64,000 nt of DNA from an uncultured Gemmatimonadales bacterium (GCA_963793305.1 CAWBZV010000003.1:1344001-1408000); one strand, 5' to 3'. Shown: positions 31,142-41,684, numbered from the stretch's first letter. The notes: a model not told the origin generated them from the letters alone. A program made the numbers and translations.

Positions 31142-31165
31142 CGCGAAGTCACAAGCCGAATCGAG

Positions 31166-31198
31166 CCCCCCGGATGATCGGGGGGTTTTTCTTTTTTT
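31166..31198 (+). terminator. Intrinsic terminator (thr attenuator)
   Basis: CCCCCCG-GATGAT-CGGGGGG then TTTTTCTTTTTTT, ending at the hom RBS (GGAG). Confidence 0.88.
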
Positions 31199-31208
31199 GG
31201 AGACTGAT

Positions 31209-32129
31209 ATGTCGAACACCGTTGGCGTCGCGGTCTATGGCTTGGGCACCGTTGGCTCGGCCGCCGTCGAGATCATGCAAGCAGCGGGCAATGGGCGGCT
31301 CAGGCTGCGCCACGTCGTCGTGCGCGACAAAGCCCGAAAGCGCGCCATCGACTTCGACCCGGCGCTTCTGACGGACGACTGGTGTCAGCCGTTGCACGAC
31401 CCGAAGGTCGGCCTCGTGGTCGAGCTCATGGGCGGCGTCGATCCCGCGTCTCGCGTCGTGCGCCGCGCGCTCGAAAGCGGCAAGCACGTCGTCACCGCCA
31501 ACAAGGCGCTGATCGCAACGCATGGTGCGTCGCTCGAAGCGCTCGCCGACGCCTACGGCGTCGCGTTGCGCTATGAGGCGGCCGTTGGTGGCGCGATTCC
31601 CTTGATCCACACCCTGCGGGGCACACTCAAAGGCAATCGCATCACCCGGATACGTGGGATACTCAACGGCACCACGAATTTTATTCTCACGCGTATGTCG
31701 ACCGACGGCATGTCCTTCGATGAAGCCCTACGGGAGGCGCAGCGGAGAGGATTTGCCGAGGCCGACCCGAGCGCGGATATCTCCGGCTTGGATGCAGCCC
31801 AAAAGCTGGTCATCCTGGCGCGCCACGCGTTCGGCTACTGGGTCCCCGTCGAGTGTGTCGAGCGCACGGGAATCGAGGATCTCCGGCCCGAGCAAGGAGA
31901 AGTATTTAAGTTGATCGCCGAGGCCGTCCTCGCGGACGGCAGCCTGCGGCTCCGCGTAGGACCGCAGCGCCTGGCCTCGACGGATCCCATGGCTCACGTG
32001 AACGACGAGAACAACGCGGTGCTCATTGAAGGTGACTTCGCCGGCTCGCTTACGTTCATCGGCCGGGGCGCTGGAGCGCTCCCCACCGGGTCGGCAGTCT
32101 ATGACGATATCGTCGCCGCAATCTGTTAG
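31209..32129 (+). CDS. hom: Homoserine dehydrogenase (no C-terminal ACT domain)
   Basis: GLGTVG, VVTANKA, EAAVGGAIP, GILNGTTNFIL, GFAEADP, GRGAG..PTGSAV. Confidence 0.93.
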   Translation: MSNTVGVAVYGLGTVGSAAVEIMQAAGNGRLRLRHVVVRDKARKRAIDFDPALLTDDWCQPLHDPKVGLVVELMGGVDPASRVVRRALESGKHVVTANKALIATHGASLEALADAYGVALRYEAAVGGAIPLIHTLRGTLKGNRITRIRGILNGTTNFILTRMSTDGMSFDEALREAQRRGFAEADPSADISGLDAAQKLVILARHAFGYWVPVECVERTGIEDLRPEQGEVFKLIAEAVLADGSLRLRVGPQRLASTDPMAHVNDENNAVLIEGDFAGSLTFIGRGAGALPTGSAVYDDIVAAIC

Positions 32130-33156
32130 TAGAGGGGTATTGGAACGCTGGCGTGCGTATTTGCCCGTCACGCCGGCGACGCCGGCGCTGACGTTAGGGG
32201 AAGGGGACACGCCGCTCCTGGCGACCCCGCGACTCGCCGCCTGGGTTGGCGTCGACGAGCTCTATGTGAAGTTCGAGGGGATGAATCCCACGGCCTCGTT
32301 CAAAGACCGCGGGATGGTCGTCGCCGTGGCAAAGGCAGTCGAGCGCGGCGCCCACACCGTCATTTGCGCCTCTACCGGAAATACCGCCGCCAGCGCGGCC
32401 GCCTACGCCGCCCGCGCGGGGCTCGCCGCCATCGTATTGCTGCCCGGCGGGAAAGTGGCCATGGCCAAAGTCGCCCAGGCCCTGGCGTATGGCGCCCGAG
32501 CGATCGCGCTCGATGGCGGCTTCGACGCCGCCCTGGATGTCGCCCGAGAGCTCGTCGCTCGGCACCCGGTGGCCCTCGTGAACTCGGTCAACCCGGACCG
32601 CATCGCGGGCCAGGCCACGGCCGCCTATGAGATCTGCGACGTATTGGGCCGCGCGCCCGACGTGTTAGCGTTGCCGGTGGGCAATGGTGGGAATATCACG
32701 GCCTACTGGGCGGGATTCCGCCGGTATCAATCGGGCCTTCCGCGGATCATCGGCGGACAAGCGGCCGGCGCCGCGCCGCTCGTCCACGGCGCCCCGGTCG
32801 AGCACCCCGAGACGATCGCCAGCGCGATCCGCATCGGACGCCCGGCCAGCTGGGACACGGCCGTAGCGGCCGCCCGCGAGTCCGAAGGCGCCTTCCGCGC
32901 AATCACCGACGAGGCGATCCTCGAAGCCTACCGCCAGATCGCCCAGCTCGAGGGGATATTCTGTGAGCCTTCCTCCGCCGCCGGTATCGCCGCGTTGCGC
33001 ACGAGCGTGGCGGATGGTCAGACAAAGGCCGCGAGCAGCTGCGTCTGCGTCTGCACGGGGCACGGCCTCAAAGACGCCCAACAGGCGCCGGGCGCCGATA
33101 GAATCACATTATTATCCGCATCCGCGGATGCCGTGGCAAACGCTCTGAACTGGTAA
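32101..33156 (+). CDS. thrC: Threonine synthase
   Basis: LGEGDTPL, NPTASFKDRG, CASTGNT, PVGNGGN, FCEPSSAA, TGHGLKD. Confidence 0.95.
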   Translation: MTISSPQSVSRGVLERWRAYLPVTPATPALTLGEGDTPLLATPRLAAWVGVDELYVKFEGMNPTASFKDRGMVVAVAKAVERGAHTVICASTGNTAASAAAYAARAGLAAIVLLPGGKVAMAKVAQALAYGARAIALDGGFDAALDVARELVARHPVALVNSVNPDRIAGQATAAYEICDVLGRAPDVLALPVGNGGNITAYWAGFRRYQSGLPRIIGGQAAGAAPLVHGAPVEHPETIASAIRIGRPASWDTAVAAARESEGAFRAITDEAILEAYRQIAQLEGIFCEPSSAAGIAALRTSVADGQTKAASSCVCVCTGHGLKDAQQAPGADRITLLSASADAVANALNW

Positions 33157-33165
33157 GGGGGAACG

Positions 33166-35365
33166 ATGGACGTACGCGTAGTGCGGTTTCTAGGCATTGC
33201 GGGTCTGAGCGCGTTCCTGGCCAGTTGCGGCGGGTCGCCCACCACACCAGCGAGCAACCCGGCGATCAGCCTGGCTACCACGGCAGTGTCGTTCGGCATC
33301 CAGGTTGGTAGCGGCAATCCGACCGCGCAAACCGTGAACGTCACGAACAGCGGCACGGGGACCCTGTCCGGGCTATCCGTCGGGACGATTGCGTACGGCA
33401 GCGGCGCGTCGGGATGGCTCAGCGCGAGCCTCACCGGCTCCAGCGCCCCGGCGACGATCACCCTCAACGCGACGACCGGATCGCTGACTGCGGGGACCTA
33501 CAGCGCCACGATCCCGATCACGGCAACCGCAACGAACAGTCCGGCGACCCTCAAAGTCACATTCGCGATCTTCCCGCCCGCGGGCAGCACGACGCTCGCT
33601 GTCGGGCAGGACACCACATTCCTGGCGACGCCCGTCATCGCGACGAATCTGGTGCTCCAACCGGGTCAGCAGTACCTCATCGCGGTCGTCAATACGGATA
33701 CGAGCGCCGCGGCCAACGAAGACTTCACGCTGTTCGGCTCGATGACGAGCACCCAGCGCGTGCGCCTGGCGTCTCGTGCGCCCTTGCGCCGCTCCCAGGC
33801 GACGCCGAAGCATGCGCCCATCTACAACGCCGGGTCCGCCGTCAAACGCATCCAGTCGCTCCGCAAGCGCCAAGCAAACCACCTGGCGATGCTCGACCAC
33901 AACACGGCGGTCTTCCAGCGTTTCGCACGCTCGGGACGCGTGTCGCCTTCGTCGGGATCGACCGTCCCGCGGCCGAGCTTCTCGATCTCGCAAACGGTCG
34001 GCGCCGTCAACAAGATCTATATCGCGAGCTCGTTCGGGGCGAGCTGCACGGGCGTGGACTCGATCGGCGCCCGCACGGTCGCCGTTGGCCAACACATCAT
34101 CGTGCTCGCCGACACGAACAGGACGAACTGGCCAGACAGCCTTCGTGACTCAGCCTTCTATCAGACGTTCGCGAACGAGTACGACGCGGTCACGTTCCCG
34201 CACATCAACACCTACATCGGCAACCCGCTCGCCTACGACGCTCAACTCTCGAGCATCGGCAAGATCACCATCGTGATCTCGCCGGTGCTGAACAACTTCG
34301 GCGGTGGCATCGTCGCGTTCGTCAACGGCTGCGACTTCTACCCCTTTGACGGGAACCTGAGCGACAATAACGCGGACCTCGGAAATCAGACCGAAGTGTT
34401 CTACTACTGGGCGCCCGACGAAGCGAGCGGCTGGACTCACAGGGCGTGGGAAGATCTGATGCGCGGGACGGCCGCGCACGAGACGAAGCACATCGTCTCC
34501 TATACGGACCGCAAGATCAACAATGATTTCCAGTACCTCGAGCAGCGGTGGCTGGAGGAGGGCCTCGCCCAGGTGTCGGCCGAGATCTGGGAGCGGAACT
34601 TCAACAACACGACCTGGAAGGGGCACGCGACCTTCAACCAGGCGGTCGCCTGCGAGATCTACCTCGGCCCCCACGAGACACCCGCCTGCCAGGACACGGC
34701 CGGGACAAAGCCGGTCGCGCTCACCGGCAGTCATTTGCCGTTCTTCTTCGAGTACCTCGCAGCCGAAAGCCAATCGCCGACCGGACTGGGTTTCGGCAAC
34801 ACCGGCAGCAATGCCACGCCGACGAACTACGGCGAAGGCTGGGCGTTCGCCCGCTGGGTGCTCGATCAGTATGCCACGACCGAGCCGTCGCTGATCCAGT
34901 CCCTCGTGAACGAGCCGACGCTGAGCGGGCTCGCGAACGTGTCACAGCATACGGGGAAGAGCGTTCAGGAGTTGCTCGTCTACTTCGCCATGGCGAGCGC
35001 GATCTACGACACGGCGACCTATACGGCGGCGGACGTCAGGACCACGATTCCGACGTTCAACTTCGGGCAGATCTTCTACTTGGGTCAGACGTTCGTTACA
35101 GTGTACCAACACCGCCAACCAGGTCGTGCCCTGCGGGTTGTTCGGGCAGAACTTCGCGACGACGCCGGTGTGGCCGATTCAACCTACGGCGCTAAGCACT
35201 GGCAACCTCAACGCCAAGGTGACGGGCGTGGCGGGCACCGCGGCCTCGTACTTCCTGCTGACATTGACGGGGAGTGGGCAGCAGTATCTCCAGCTACAAT
35301 CTGGTAGCGGTGGCAGCATCAGCACTTCCAGCGGCCTCCGGATCGGTATTATTCGAGTGCAATGA
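33166..35365 (+). CDS. Secreted lipoprotein: N-terminal Ig/BACON-like domain plus HEXXH zinc metallopeptidase-like domain; 1-nt frameshift near 35100
   Basis: Lipobox FLASC; AAHETKH ... WLEEGLA; C-terminus (..SGLRIGIIRVQ) in another frame; one-base removal gives TFVT-CTNTANQVVPCGLFG. Confidence 0.75.
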
Positions 35366-35838
35366 GCTCGGCGTGGCTGGCCTTCTCGGCCGCAATCATA
35401 CTCGCGTGTCACAGTGGCGCCCGGACGGAGCCAACCGTCAAGTCCGTCCAGGGCGACACCGTGATCGGCACGATCCAGATCGTCGGGACCGACCCCTTTC
35501 CACGCACGGTCATCATCCCAGGCTACTCGGGGCTTCCGCTGCGGTTAGTTGGCCCGCCGACGCTGCAGCGGCTCGACGGACTGCAGGTTCAGGTCGTCGG
35601 TCAGCGCGCCGGCGATCAGTTTACCGTCAAGAGCTTTCTCGTCCTGAGCGCCAATGGTCAGCCGGCGACGGACGGCAAGCTCGTCACGGACGGCGGCACG
35701 CTCTACATCGTGACTGAGGACGGCGAGCGACACGCGTTGGTGAACCCTTCGCCCAACCTGCGCGCGCGCGTCGGTCAGCGCGTGTGGGTGTCCGGGCCGC
35801 TAGACCGGGAGCCGATCGCGTACGGCTTCATCAACTAG
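35362..35838 (+). CDS. Hypothetical lipoprotein
   Basis: Lipobox ILAC; ATGA coupling to the upstream gene. Confidence 0.7.
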   Translation: MSSAWLAFSAAIILACHSGARTEPTVKSVQGDTVIGTIQIVGTDPFPRTVIIPGYSGLPLRLVGPPTLQRLDGLQVQVVGQRAGDQFTVKSFLVLSANGQPATDGKLVTDGGTLYIVTEDGERHALVNPSPNLRARVGQRVWVSGPLDREPIAYGFIN

Positions 35839-36780
35839 CGCGCCGACGTACGACGCGATCCCGGCCTCGAGGGTCAGAAACGGCTCTCGATAGCCCTCTT
35901 CTCTCAGGCGTGTCACCCTGGCCTGAGTGAAATATTGATATCGGTCGCGGATCGCGATCGGCGTATCGACGAACTCGATCTTCTCGGACTTGCCGAGCGC
36001 CCGGCAGACGCCACGGGCGAGATCGAGATAAGTCCGCGCGGTACCCGTACCGAGGTTGCGGATGCCCCGCGCGACGGGCTTGGTCAGCGCGAACATGAGC
36101 ACCGAGACCACGTCGGACACGGCGATGAAGTCACGCGCCTGATGTCCGTCGGCGATACCGGCGCGGTGACTCCTGAACAGGCGAATCGGCTCTCCCGCCC
36201 ATCGCTGATCGAACGCGTGCATGACGACGCTGGCCATGTGTCGCTTGTGCCGCTCCCCGTACCCATACACGTTGAAGAACTTCCAGCCCGACCACGCTGG
36301 CGGTGTTGATGCCTGCTGCAGGACCCAGCGATCGAATGCCTGTTTCGATCTCCCGTATGCGTTCAGGGGCTGGAGACGGGGGATGAGCGACTCGTCGTCG
36401 TCATAGCTGAGCGTGCCGTCGCCATACGTTGCGGCGCTGGAGGCGTACACGAAGGGAATCTGGCGCTCGGTCGCATACGTCCAGAGGCGCTGGGAGTACT
36501 CGACGTTGTCCCTGGTAAACAGCTCCTCGTCCGTCTCCGTCGTGTCCGTGCACGCACCGAGGTGCACGATACCGGTGAGCGGGCGCGGCGCGGCGCCCAG
36601 CCAGTCGAACAGCTCGTGCCGATCGACCATCGAGGCGATGTCCAGGTCCCGATGCTCGGGCCGGGCTAAGAAGTGCTCCCTCGCGTCGACCGGCACCACG
36701 GGAATCCCTTCTTTCCGGCATCGCTCCGCAAACCGATAGCCTATGAACCCTGCGGCCCCGCTGACAAGGACTGGGTGCAT
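35800..36780 (-). CDS. rfaD: ADP-L-glycero-D-manno-heptose 6-epimerase
   Basis: GAAGFIG, HLGACTDT, YASSAATYG, YGRSK, FFNVYG..E.HK..MASV, YQYFTQA. Confidence 0.9.
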   Translation of the reverse strand: MHPVLVSGAAGFIGYRFAERCRKEGIPVVPVDAREHFLARPEHRDLDIASMVDRHELFDWLGAAPRPLTGIVHLGACTDTTETDEELFTRDNVEYSQRLWTYATERQIPFVYASSAATYGDGTLSYDDDESLIPRLQPLNAYGRSKQAFDRWVLQQASTPPAWSGWKFFNVYGYGERHKRHMASVVMHAFDQRWAGEPIRLFRSHRAGIADGHQARDFIAVSDVVSVLMFALTKPVARGIRNLGTGTARTYLDLARGVCRALGKSEKIEFVDTPIAIRDRYQYFTQARVTRLREEGYREPFLTLEAGIASYVGALVDEAVRDRLPV

Positions 36781-36798
36781 GTGGTGTATATTACATGC

Positions 36799-37236
36799 AT
36801 GAGCATATATGACGAGCGGATGGTCACCCCTATGCGCCACGAGCTGACGCGCCTTGGCGTCGAGGAGCTCCGGACGGCGGATGCCGTCGACGCGAAGCTG
36901 CGCGGCGCGACCGGGACGACGTTGGTAGTCGTGAATTCCGTCTGCGGCTGCGCGGCGCGAAACGCCCGGCCCGCGATTGCCCGCGCGCTCCAGCACGAGA
37001 CGCGCCCGGATACGCTGACCACGGTGTTCGCCGGCCAGGACCAGGATGCGACCCAGCGCGCCCGAAGCTACTTCGTGGGCTACCAGCCCTCATCGCCCTC
37101 GATCGGGTTGTTCAAGAACGGCCAGCTGGTATTCATGCTCGAGCGGTACCAGATCGAAGGACGGTCGGCCGACGACATTGCCCATGATCTGACCGACGCG
37201 TTCGACCGCTACTGCGCAGGTTCTCTGGCTGTGTGA
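36799..37236 (+). CDS. BrxA/BrxB-family bacilliredoxin
   Basis: NSVCGCAA, TVFAGQD, PSSPS. Confidence 0.9.
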   Translation: MSIYDERMVTPMRHELTRLGVEELRTADAVDAKLRGATGTTLVVVNSVCGCAARNARPAIARALQHETRPDTLTTVFAGQDQDATQRARSYFVGYQPSSPSIGLFKNGQLVFMLERYQIEGRSADDIAHDLTDAFDRYCAGSLAV

Positions 37237-37901
37237 GACTGCTCATCGTCGAAGACGACCCCGAGCTGGCGTCGATTCTCGCCGATGGCCTGGCGGATCA
37301 CCACTACGAGGTCGTCGTCGCCGCTGATGTGCCCGCCGCGCGCGACCGCGCTGTGCTCGGCACGTACGATGTCATGATCCTGGACGTGCTGTTGCCGGGT
37401 GGCAGCGGGTTCGATCTGTGCGCGCAGATTCGTTCCCGCGGGATCGCGACGCCGATCCTCATGCTGACGGCGCGCGACGCGATCGATGATCGCGTTCGCG
37501 GCCTCGAGGCTGGGGCGGATGACTATCTCACCAAGCCATTTGCGTTCCGCGAGCTGCTCGCCCGCGTGCGCGCCTTGTCGCGCCGCCAACCAGCACTGGC
37601 GCCCCAACGGGTTCGCGTGGCCGATCTCGATGTGGATCTCGAGACGCGCCAGGTCCAACGGGGCCGTCGCCCTATCACCCTGACCGCGAAAGAATTTGCG
37701 CTGCTGGAATTCTTTACGCGACACGAAGGTAAAGTCGTCGACCGGGCCGCGATCGCCGCGCACGTGTGGGACGACAACCATGATCCCTTCACGAATGTTT
37801 TGGAAGTTCTCGTGCGGCGATTGCGGCGTAAGATCGACGACGACTTCGAGCCGAAGTTGATCCACACCATCCGCGGCGCAGGTTATCGTTTTGGCCTGTG
37901 A
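37233..37901 (+). CDS. OmpR-family response regulator (CusR/CzcR-like)
   Basis: GADDYLTKPF, LRRKID, IHTIRGAGY. Confidence 0.92.
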   Translation: MRLLIVEDDPELASILADGLADHHYEVVVAADVPAARDRAVLGTYDVMILDVLLPGGSGFDLCAQIRSRGIATPILMLTARDAIDDRVRGLEAGADDYLTKPFAFRELLARVRALSRRQPALAPQRVRVADLDVDLETRQVQRGRRPITLTAKEFALLEFFTRHEGKVVDRAAIAAHVWDDNHDPFTNVLEVLVRRLRRKIDDDFEPKLIHTIRGAGYRFGL

Positions 37902-39232
37902 AGCCTCTCACTAGACTACGGCTGCAGCTGACGGCGTGGTACGCTGGAACGTTCTGCCTCATTCTGTTCGTTCTCGGTGTGCTCGTATTCACCGTGATCG
38001 CCCGCCGCTTGGCCGAGGAGCTCGACGAGTCGTTAGTCGACGCCACGCAGGCGGCCGAACAAGCGACGCAGATCCGCGAAACCGAAGCCGCGCTCGGCTC
38101 GACGCACCTCGTCGACGCGTTCTCCGAGCTCGTGATCCCGGAGCGCCGGTTGTATCTGCTCGACTCGACCGGCACGCCGCTTGTGCCGCGCGAGGTGCCG
38201 GAGCCGGTCCTCACGTCCGCCGCCAAAGCCGCCGAGTCGGGCTCTGACGATCAGCGTTTCAAGCTCGACCGCCACGGCCCCCACCAGCGCCTGTTCCAAG
38301 CCCACGCCGAACGCTTTCAAGTCCGCGGCGGACGGCACTATATCGTGGTCGCGGTGGCCGACCGCATCGAGCTCGAGGACCGTTACGCCCGCCTGATCGC
38401 CGCCCTCGCCGCCGGCGCGGTGGGGGCAGTGCTCCTGGTCGCCGTAGGCGGCTGGTTCCTCGCCTGGAAGGCGATCGAGCCGATCGAGCGGAACCTCGCC
38501 TACGTGCGGCGATTCGTGGCCGACGCGGCCCACGAGCTCCGGACGCCCGTCTCGGTGCTCCGCAGCCGCGCGGATGTTGCGCTCTCTCGCGAGCGGCGGC
38601 CAGAGGCCTACGTCGACGCGCTGACCGCGGTCGGACTCGAGGCCGAGCGCATGGGTCGCATCGTCGACGATCTCCTGACGCTGGCGCGGGTCGACGCCGG
38701 TGAGCGGGCCATCGTGCGGCAGCAGATCTACCTCGACGACCTGGCCCTCGACGCGGTGAGCAGCGTACGGGTGCTCGCCGAGACACACGGCGTCGATCTC
38801 GACGTGACGGAGTTCGAGGAGGCGCCTGTCGTGGCCGACCCCACGCTCGTGCGGCAGTTGCTCGTGATTCTCCTCGATAACGCGGTAAAGTTCACGCCGA
38901 CGGGCGGCAGGGTCTCGTTGAGCGTACGATCGGTCGATGGCCGCGCGATGGTGACGGTCGAGGATACTGGCGTCGGCATTTCGCCTGCCGATCTGCCCCG
39001 CATTTACGATCGATTCTACCGCGGCGACGACGCCCGCCGGCGGTCGGATGGAGCAGGACTCGGCCTCTCGATCGCCAAGTGGATCGCCGATACGCACGGC
39101 GCGGACATCGAGCTCGTGTCCACGGTGGGGCAAGGCACGCGCGTTACGGTGCGTTTTCCACCAATCGCGCAAATCGCGGATCACGCCGCAGCGGCTCCCA
39201 CGTGGGATCGATCCGGAGCCAGGCGCGCGTGA
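37898..39232 (+). CDS. Sensor histidine kinase
   Basis: 2 TM segments, HELRTP, LLDNAVKF, DTGVG, GAGLGL. Confidence 0.92.
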   Translation: MKPLTRLRLQLTAWYAGTFCLILFVLGVLVFTVIARRLAEELDESLVDATQAAEQATQIRETEAALGSTHLVDAFSELVIPERRLYLLDSTGTPLVPREVPEPVLTSAAKAAESGSDDQRFKLDRHGPHQRLFQAHAERFQVRGGRHYIVVAVADRIELEDRYARLIAALAAGAVGAVLLVAVGGWFLAWKAIEPIERNLAYVRRFVADAAHELRTPVSVLRSRADVALSRERRPEAYVDALTAVGLEAERMGRIVDDLLTLARVDAGERAIVRQQIYLDDLALDAVSSVRVLAETHGVDLDVTEFEEAPVVADPTLVRQLLVILLDNAVKFTPTGGRVSLSVRSVDGRAMVTVEDTGVGISPADLPRIYDRFYRGDDARRRSDGAGLGLSIAKWIADTHGADIELVSTVGQGTRVTVRFPPIAQIADHAAAAPTWDRSGARRA

Positions 39233-41684
39233 AGTAGTAAGGCAGACGCACGAGCGGTTCCAACCGTGCGACCGCTTTGTCGGGCTCGCCGTTCATCATG
39301 TAGATGCGGGCGAGCATCTGCTGCGGATAGAGTCCTTGCTCGCCATCGGTGCTCGGCGTCATGAGGGACGCGCCTCGCTGTCCGTGCCGTATCGCCTCCC
39401 CCTTGTTGCCCAGGAAGGCGAACGCGAGACCGAGCTGGGATTCGTGCTCCCAGTCGTCCGGCGGCAATGCGAGTTGCGTCGCGAGGACGCGGCGCGCGGT
39501 ATCCGCATACGCACGCGCGTCCGCTGTGTCCCCGCGGAGCCAGTACACCTCGGCGCGCACGAGTCCCCACTGGCCGTGGTCGTCGTCGAACGCGGCCGGC
39601 GACAGCGAAAGCAGTCGCCGTTGCTCGGCGTCCTCGAGGACCCAGTAGAGGTCCCAGGAGTAGCCGAACAGGGCGGCCAACGCCGCGGTGTCGACCGCGC
39701 GCGCCCCCTGTCGAAAGGCGGCCTGCGCCCCACCGAGGTCGCCCTGCGCCAGCATGACCATGGCCTTGAACTCGACGACGATCGCGTTCTGTGGGGCGAA
39801 GAGGAGGGAGCGGTCGAATGCGGCCAGCGCCTCCGGGTACCGCCTCTGGAACTGCAGGCTGATGCCGAGACTCATCGCCTTGTTCGGCGCGCGCGGATCC
39901 AGGTCGAGCGCCCGCTGCGCGTGCGCGATGGACGCCGCCCACCGCCCGGCACTGCGCTCCGCGCCGGCCGCGGCGTTCAGGAGGCTGACGTTGTTCGGGG
40001 CGCGGGCGAGCGCCGCGTCGAAGATCGCCAGCGCGCGCGCATTGTCGAGCCGGACGAGCCGGTCGTAGCTGGCGCTGGCGAGCTGCGTTTCCGGTAGCAT
40101 CGCTCCAATGGCTTGTGCGCGCTCGACCGCGCGCTTGGCCGCTTCGGCCTCCGTTGGTGCTCGCGAGCCGTTGGCATACAGTACTGTGTGAGCGACGGCC
40201 AGTTGCACCCAAGCCAACGCGAACTGCGAGTCCAGGCTCACTGCGCGGTTGTACAGGGTGACGCCGCGCCGGAGCGTGGGGATGTCGCCGATGCTGACGT
40301 GCTGCGTCAGGGCGTCGCCTTTCAGGAACGCATCATAGGCGGCGAGGCTCGTCGTGGGCGCGGCCGCGAGCGCCTGCTGCTGTTCCGTGCCGAGCGCTAC
40401 GTTCAGCGCCGACGCGACTTTGCTCGCAATGTCCGCCTGCACCTTGAAGACATCGGACAGATCGGCATCGAACGCCTGCTGCCACTTGCTCGTTGGTGGC
40501 ACTCCCGATGCATCGACCAGCTCCGGGTCGACGCGCACGCGGCTGGCGCCTCCGCTCACTTTCTGCCAACGCACCTGTCCAGTGAGCAGGTACCGCACGC
40601 CGAGCTCGTTGGCGATCTGCTGCAGCGGCTTGGGAGATCCCCGATACTGTGTCGAGCTCGTGCGCGCGATTACCCTGAGCCCGGGGAGCGCTGTCAGCTT
40701 GCCCCGAATCTCATCGGCAACGCCGTCGGCAAAGTACGCGTCCGCCGAGTCCCCGAGATTGTCGAAAGCGAGCACAGCGAGCGCGGGCGATCCCGCAGTC
40801 ACCGGGGCCGGCCGGCGCCATGTCACCACGACGACCGCGACAATGGCGAGCACGACGGCGACGGCCGCCACCACGACCACAGGTGCCTTCTGAACGGCCG
40901 GCCGTTGGGGTGTCGTGAGAGCAGCCGCGAACGTGGCTGCCGAGTCGTACCGCTGCACTGGGTCCGTCGCGAGCGCTCGGTTGATCGCGGCGTCGATGCC
41001 GGTCGGGATGTCGGGAGGGCGCGCCGGCCCGTACGGGAGCCCGCCGGTCAGCATCTCATAGCACACGACGCCCAATGCATAGATGTCCGCTCGCGTGTCG
41101 ATATGGTCACCGGCCGCCTGCTCGGGGCTCATGTACGACGGCGTGCCGATGACGAATCCGGTCTGCGTCAGTTGCCCGGATGTGGCCGATGCGCCAAGCG
41201 CCCGCGCGATGCCGAAATCCGCGAGCAGCGCCTCGCCTTGGGTAGTGAGCAGGATGTTGCTGGGCTTGACATCGCGGTGAATGACGCCGTGCTGATGGGC
41301 GTAATCGAGCGCGCTCGCGATCTCGCGCGCGATGCGGACCGCGACGTCAACCGGTAACCGCCGCTCACGGCGCAGCCGGTCGGCCAGCGTCTCGCCCTCG
41401 ACGTACGGCATCGTGAACCAGAGTTGACCGGCTCGCGTCTCGCCCGAGTCGTAGACCGACAGGATATGCGGGTGTTGCAGCCTCGCCGCGAACGTGATCT
41501 CGCGGCGGAAGCGTTCCGGGCCAAGGCTCTGCGCCAGTTCGCCGTGGAGCACTTTGAGTGCGACGACGCGGCTGTGCTTCGTGTCGTGGGCCAGGAAGAC
41601 GGTCGCCATTCCCCCACGACCGATCTCTCGCTCGATCGTGTATTGGGATCCAAGTCCCTCCTGGAGCTCAAGGATGTCGGTCAC
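39144..41684 (-). CDS. Hanks-type Ser/Thr protein kinase with TM, TolB-N-like and TPR regions
   Basis: GRGGMATV, VALK, HRDVKPSN, DFG, YMSPE; LAVLAFDN; TPR-like helices. Confidence 0.9.
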   Translation of the reverse strand: MTDILELQEGLGSQYTIEREIGRGGMATVFLAHDTKHSRVVALKVLHGELAQSLGPERFRREITFAARLQHPHILSVYDSGETRAGQLWFTMPYVEGETLADRLRRERRLPVDVAVRIAREIASALDYAHQHGVIHRDVKPSNILLTTQGEALLADFGIARALGASATSGQLTQTGFVIGTPSYMSPEQAAGDHIDTRADIYALGVVCYEMLTGGLPYGPARPPDIPTGIDAAINRALATDPVQRYDSAATFAAALTTPQRPAVQKAPVVVVAAVAVVLAIVAVVVVTWRRPAPVTAGSPALAVLAFDNLGDSADAYFADGVADEIRGKLTALPGLRVIARTSSTQYRGSPKPLQQIANELGVRYLLTGQVRWQKVSGGASRVRVDPELVDASGVPPTSKWQQAFDADLSDVFKVQADIASKVASALNVALGTEQQQALAAAPTTSLAAYDAFLKGDALTQHVSIGDIPTLRRGVTLYNRAVSLDSQFALAWVQLAVAHTVLYANGSRAPTEAEAAKRAVERAQAIGAMLPETQLASASYDRLVRLDNARALAIFDAALARAPNNVSLLNAAAGAERSAGRWAASIAHAQRALDLDPRAPNKAMSLGISLQFQRRYPEALAAFDRSLLFAPQNAIVVEFKAMVMLAQGDLGGAQAAFRQGARAVDTAALAALFGYSWDLYWVLEDAEQRRLLSLSPAAFDDDHGQWGLVRAEVYWLRGDTADARAYADTARRVLATQLALPPDDWEHESQLGLAFAFLGNKGEAIRHGQRGASLMTPSTDGEQGLYPQQMLARIYMMNGEPDKAVARLEPLVRLPYYFTRAWLRIDPTWEPLRRDPRFARLVENAP

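Noticed and set aside
39144..41684. Ser/Thr kinase as an anti-phage or toxin system
   Set aside because: Kinase-TM-TPR architecture is a common signalling type and has no defence-associated neighbours here
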